Positions 58,367-64,000 of a DNA stretch of 64,000 bases are shown here, piece by piece. Below the pieces are notes generated by a model, which was not told the origin of the DNA, searched no databases, and worked only from the letters and a program-made list of their open reading frames with translations. The position numbers and the translations under genes are program-made. Source of the DNA: Eledone cirrhosa (Eukaryota); the NCBI GenBank assembly GCA_964016885.1, contig OZ024746.1:21018001-21082000 (forward strand), in the 5' to 3' direction. How positions within the stretch are numbered: position 1 is the stretch's first letter; every line of letters begins with the position of its first letter.

Positions 58367-59018
58367 TATGTATATGAGGTACAGTCTTTTTTAACGAAAA
58401 TAGCGTATCCAAAGATACGACTGTTTTTATGTTTGATATTTTAAAAATATAAATTGTTTATGTTTCTTTACTGTTTGGTTTTCTTCAGTAGCGTTCCTCA
58501 ATCAATTATTCTATAACGTTTTCAACATCTTTACAACCGTATCTTCGTATAATCGCATGTTGTTTGTACGTTTTGTAGTGTGTCACAAATGATTATGGTG
58601 GCATTGGTAAAGTCTTCAAAGTCGGACTTAAAATATTATTCAACATTGAAGTCTTGGTAGATTTCATCGTAAATTTCGGGTTGTGCCGTAATTATGTGTT
58701 GGTTCGGGGTTCGTAGTTTCAATTATAAAATACCACCACCACTAACAAAAAAAAGGGAAAACCAGGAGAATAACTATGGATGCCTTACATTACAAAAAAA
58801 AAAAAGAAGCAAAATATATATAGTACAGTAAAGGACAAAAGTTAAAAATAATATTTCGGCTCACTTCTCTGATAAAGGATCCTTAACTGGGTTCAATGGT
58901 GATCATTCAGATCGTTGGATTATCGTATTCCACACACCCATGTAATTCAAACGTAATGCGTGACCTAACATGTACCAAGACAACGAAACATTAAAAATTA
59001 TAAAACACCTTTATTTTG

Positions 59019-59049
<31 letters not shown>

Positions 59050-59395
59050 CTTCTTCTTCTTCTTCTTCTTCTTCTTCTTCTTCTTCTTCCGTGTATACGG
59101 GTTGAAAATCCACTCGGTGAAACGCGCCTCCTCGAGTATGGTTTGCTAATTTGTTATGGAACTAACTCTATACCAAACTCGTCCTCAGGACTAAGTGCTC
59201 TATTTACTAAGTATATAACCTCCCAGTTTTTTCCCCAAAACATATCTAGCAGTACAGCTACAGCTGTCTCTTACCCACTCAATGATATAACCAGGTTAGT
59301 ATTATTAAAAATACAAACCAATTACTCAGAGTGCTAACATACGTTAATCAGTAAGATAAATGACTTTGTGTGGGAAATGATATTAGTACATCAAC

Positions 59396-59434
<39 letters not shown>

Positions 59435-60590
59435 GTTTGTCCCGTTCGTGAATGGTCCGACAAAATGAGAACGATGAATTAGGTGCTGGGCTTGAAAAAA
59501 TAAGTTCTATGGCCGATATGATCAACTAAATCCCCTAAAGGCGGTGGTGTCCCTGCATAGTGTATTGTAATAAGTGAAGTCAGTAAAAGATTAAAAAAGA
59601 GTGAAAGTGTCAAACGGTATCTATATTTAATGAAACTGTTAATCGCATGTGTACAATTTGTTTTCAACAAGATATTTTCCTTCTTTTATTAACAATAGAG
59701 AAACAGGAAATTAATAGCTTTTTTTATTTTCACATGAAATTGCGAACTTCTGATGTTGAAAAATTGCTAAATGACATCTTTTCTTTCTCCTATTTCATTT
59801 CTTGGAGAGTCGTGATCAGTTTAGTTAATCATCGAATCTGACATCGCAGCACCAGACAAATGTATTCCTGTCGTTAATCTAATTATGAGATTGTTTCCGC
59901 CACAAAGAATTTACCGCAAGGCCTTTTATTCTGAACACATTTTAAGCATAAATTGTAAGAACGCCGAAGAATGATTTCGTGGTTTTGCAGAACATAATTG
60001 CTTGCGTGGAAAGCATTAGAACGCTGCAAATGCATAGAATGGGTTTCGTTGTAAAGCTATCAAATCTCGTATTGAATGGTAATTTTTTTCTACGTGGCAT
60101 ACAAAATGCCTGCTATTCTACAGCAGCAAAAGAAATAATCATATTCTATGATAAGCGCAAAAGATTGTGTTGCTGTCATGAATATACGTGTGGATTTTTA
60201 ATGTTTTTTTTTTTACTTTAGCACAATTTCATCGCTTTTATTCAGTATCAGGTTTGGTATATTATTATTTTTTATTGTTTTATATTTATTTTTTCATTGT
60301 TGCCCGATTGAGTTACGGCTGATTTAACACGATTGCCTTTTACTCTGAAAAGTCTAGGAACGGAATAAAGTCATAGATTATATCTCCACCATATATATAT
60401 ATTATATATATATATATATATATAATTATTATTATTATTATTGATTTTATTATTAACACCCTGCTTGTTAAGGACACCGACTATGGCGAAAAACCTAACG
60501 TCGAACACTACATCGGTAGTCGGATCCAAACATTAGCAGTGAGTGACCAAAATTGGTGAACCATAAGTATCTAAACGTTATACACCAATA

Positions 60591-60707
<117 letters not shown>

Positions 60708-61697
60708 CGTGGGTATGTGTGTATCAAAATAATCATCAAATATTAATCTAATTTAATTTACGAGGGTATGCATATCATACTAAAATATTTCATATATTTG
60801 CAGCTTAAATGGACTTGAGTTTCTTTAAATCAATCCCAATTATCTTGCAGTAAATAAATACAGTCCTAGAGTCAGAATAGAATTGAAGTCACTAAATCAT
60901 AGAGTATAAAATTAAAGCCACTCTGCAATGAACGGGTTAAATTTGGCTGACATAGTGGCCTCACTGGACGGATTTAATAGTGCAATAACTAAACGATTCG
61001 TATCCATATTCTAACAAAGTAAACAATATAAAGTAATCAATAGAAGAGCCAATCATATACGTTATAGCAACAACACGTGAAACTTCAGTTCTGTTTTATT
61101 AGCATAGTCACCAAGCCTGATGATGCTTATACATTTTTGTTATTATCTCATGTGGCTGGATGATTCTATCAATAGAAGGTATCAAGCACGAAATATGATT
61201 GAAAATAATCATTTGCCGGAGGTTCGATAGTTTTGGATAAATTAGGTATGCTCAAAGTCAATATAACTTCAATGCACAAAAAAACAAAAAAATAAGCAAA
61301 ACAAAAACATTGCTTTATTTTTCAGTTTTTTCACGTGTTATTTGATTTTAAAAAGAAAATATTTTTGGAGAGTATCTTATTAACATTTAATACTTAAATA
61401 AAAATACCAAACTAGTAAACATCCACATCCACATCCACTTACAGCCATATATACACACAAGAGTACACACACGCATAAACACAGAAGTATATGTATAAAT
61501 ATGTATATATATATATATATATATATACATTTTTTGAATTTTTTAATATAAAGAATTTTTTATATAAGGAACTTGTTCTTTGTTTTTATTTATTGTTTTA
61601 TTAATGTTGTAGGTTAAGATAAATCTCGGAAAACAATAACACATTAAAATTATTTCATTGTTTTCACACATATATATATATATATATATAAGGAATA

Positions 61698-61735
<38 letters not shown>

Positions 61736-61738
<3 letters not shown>

Positions 61739-61930
61739 CGAAGGAAGTGTGGTAAAGTACCACGTGGACCATAACGCACCAGAGTACTCAATACTTGGGG
61801 TAGTGAGTGAGTAATAGGAAAATATTCAAGACCCCGACGGCAGAGCTCAAGCTGTTTCGATGGCTATTTCTGGACTGAAATAGCCGTCGAAACAGCTTGA
61901 GCTCTGCCGTCGGGGTCTTGAACATTTTCC
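61736..61930 (-). mobile_element. Family H1 fold-back insertion
   Basis: Hairpin loop TGGACT at 61871-61876; tail on the left; (TA)n flanks. Confidence 0.85.
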
Positions 61931-61966
<36 letters not shown>

Positions 61967-61971
61967 CAGAG

Positions 61972-62295
<324 letters not shown>

Positions 62296-62707
62296 ATTAT
62301 ATTTTTCTCCCCAAGCTACCAAAACACACACCTATTTGTATATACGCTACAATTTATGTTTATAGCATGTTGAAGATTTTTATATCTTGATATTTGATAA
62401 GATATTATGTTTAACTTCATAGTAAATATTTTTGTCATGTCACAACCTTTTCTCCACATATCACTATTTTCCAATTGCTAGTATGAGTATTCAGAGACAG
62501 ATTGCATATGTCATGTTGTTATAATCACTTTATAATTATTGAAACCTGTAAAGTAATAGGACCTGCTGGGACTCAAATTGTATTTTCTGACTATTTTATA
62601 GTGCAAAAAGCTAAACTAATCACTTCAACTAAATTGAGCAAATTTTCCTCCACCCTCCATCAGAAATGCTTCCACCACCACTGTATATATATATATATAT
62701 ATATATA

Positions 62708-62906
62708 GGAACCAGTAAGACCCCCGACGGCTGAGCTCAAGCCGTTTCGACGGCTTATTCTGGACTCAGAGTCCAGAATTAGCCGTCGAAACGGCTTGAG
62801 CTCAGCCGTCGGGGTCTTACTGGTTCCTATTACCCACTCTACTACCCCAAGTATTAAGTACTTTGGTGCGTTATGGTCCACCTGGTTCCTTACCACATTT
62901 CCTTCG

Positions 62907-62908
<2 letters not shown>
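62708..62908 (+). mobile_element. Family H1 fold-back insertion
   Basis: Hairpin centred at ~62769; tail ends TTCCTTCGTT(AT)n. Confidence 0.88.
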
Positions 62909-62961
<53 letters not shown>

Positions 62962-62966
<5 letters not shown>

Positions 62967-63316
62967 GCCTGGGTCCTAATAATAGGGCACGGGTTGGATA
63001 TTTGCTAAAATTATTATAAGCAAGAGGGGAGGGAGGACTCGGTAATTGTGTACTTTCGTAGATATGGGATTTCTTGTAATGTTATTTTTTTGTCATATAT
63101 AGTGTTTTTTTTTTTACAATAAAAGTTTTGTTAGATTATCCAGTTGCTGTATCGAAATGAATCACTTACAATAAAATTTCGCCCGAGATAGAGTAGCAAA
63201 ATTTAATAAGCAGGGTGGGGGAGGTGTTGGTGGAATAAAATCGGAGAGGGGAATCTGAAAAATTAATAAACCTTGGGTGGGTGGGGGTTGGAGGCGATTA
63301 TTCAAGACCTATGAGA
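62962..63316. mobile_element. MITE-like element
   Basis: Ends GGGTCCTAATAAT / ATTATTCAAGACC are imperfectly inverted; internal AATAAGC-GGG motifs as at 18705. Confidence 0.4.
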
Positions 63317-63319
63317 GAG

Positions 63320-63830
63320 GAGAATTGGGAGAGATTGTTGTATGGTAGATATATAGAGGGGGGCAGTGTAGTGGTGATTGGTATAGAGAGGGAGGATGAA
63401 AGAGACAGTGTTGTGGTAGATATAAAGAGGGAGAGAGATTAGTGTCGATTGATTTAGAGGGGGTTTAGAAGAGAGTACCGTGAAGTAGATATATATAGAG
63501 AGAGGGAGAGTGTAGTGGCAATTGGTATAGAGAGGGGTATTGAAAGAGGGAGGGGGTTGGGAGTGAGTTCCGTGTGGTAGTTATAGAGAGAGGGAAGATG
63601 TAGTATTGATTGATATAGAGAGAGTGTTGTATATTAGATATAGAGAGGAGGAGAGTTTGGTGGTTGCAGATATAGGGAGGAAGATAATAAGAGAATGTCA
63701 TGTAGTAGATATAGAGTGGAAGAGAGTTTGGTGGTGGTTAATATAGAGAGAGGGATTGGGAGAGATAAGTCTAGATAGATATAGTGAAGGGGAGAGTTTA
63801 ATGGTGGAGAACTTATACCTATAGGAGAAC
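63320..63830. repeat. Degenerate purine-rich minisatellite (GTGGTAGATATAGAGAGGG-like)
   Basis: More than 10 imperfect units. Confidence 0.7.
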
Positions 63831-64000
63831 TTATACCTAACCACATTCATTAAACAACGTACACGATATTAACATAACATAACGTTTGTGTACATTGTAT
63901 TCAGTCATTCATTTTGATTTGATAGCTTTCGAATAGACACAATATTGATCTTTGAAATGGATAGACATATTAGATTTAATCCACTCAAGTATATAGTCTC

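Noticed and set aside
61117-61205. CTGATGA-TGCTT...AAGCAC-GAAA
   Set aside because: Partial stem II only; stems I and III unsupported.

Overview
AT-rich, microsatellite-saturated eukaryotic DNA. The SINE families resemble those of octopod cephalopods (inference). I found no intact host protein-coding gene and one plausible tRNA-Gly(CCC). Two hidden layers explain most of the window. (1) A dense set of hammerhead-ribozyme (HHR) retroelements inserted in (TA)n tracts. It includes two truncated Penelope-like (Naiad-type RT/GIY-YIG) elements and more than ten non-coding families. Among these are head-to-tail 431-539 bp monomers with one HHR each (retrozyme-like), fold-back insertions, HHRs with the compensatory U3-A8 core, one HHR with a predicted pseudoknot, and a shared 3'-tail motif. 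(2) The non-repeat DNA between the insertions translates on the minus strand into heavily decayed leucine-rich-repeat, TM and TIR-like peptides. This suggests a tandem array of about five dead Toll-like-receptor genes. Also present: a Tx1-type LINE in a (TATC)n tract with a 20-bp TSD, RTE, CRE and R4 LINE remnants, a Tc1/mariner, MITEs, a non-autonomous Helitron and two SINE families. All calls are by eye; no database search was run.
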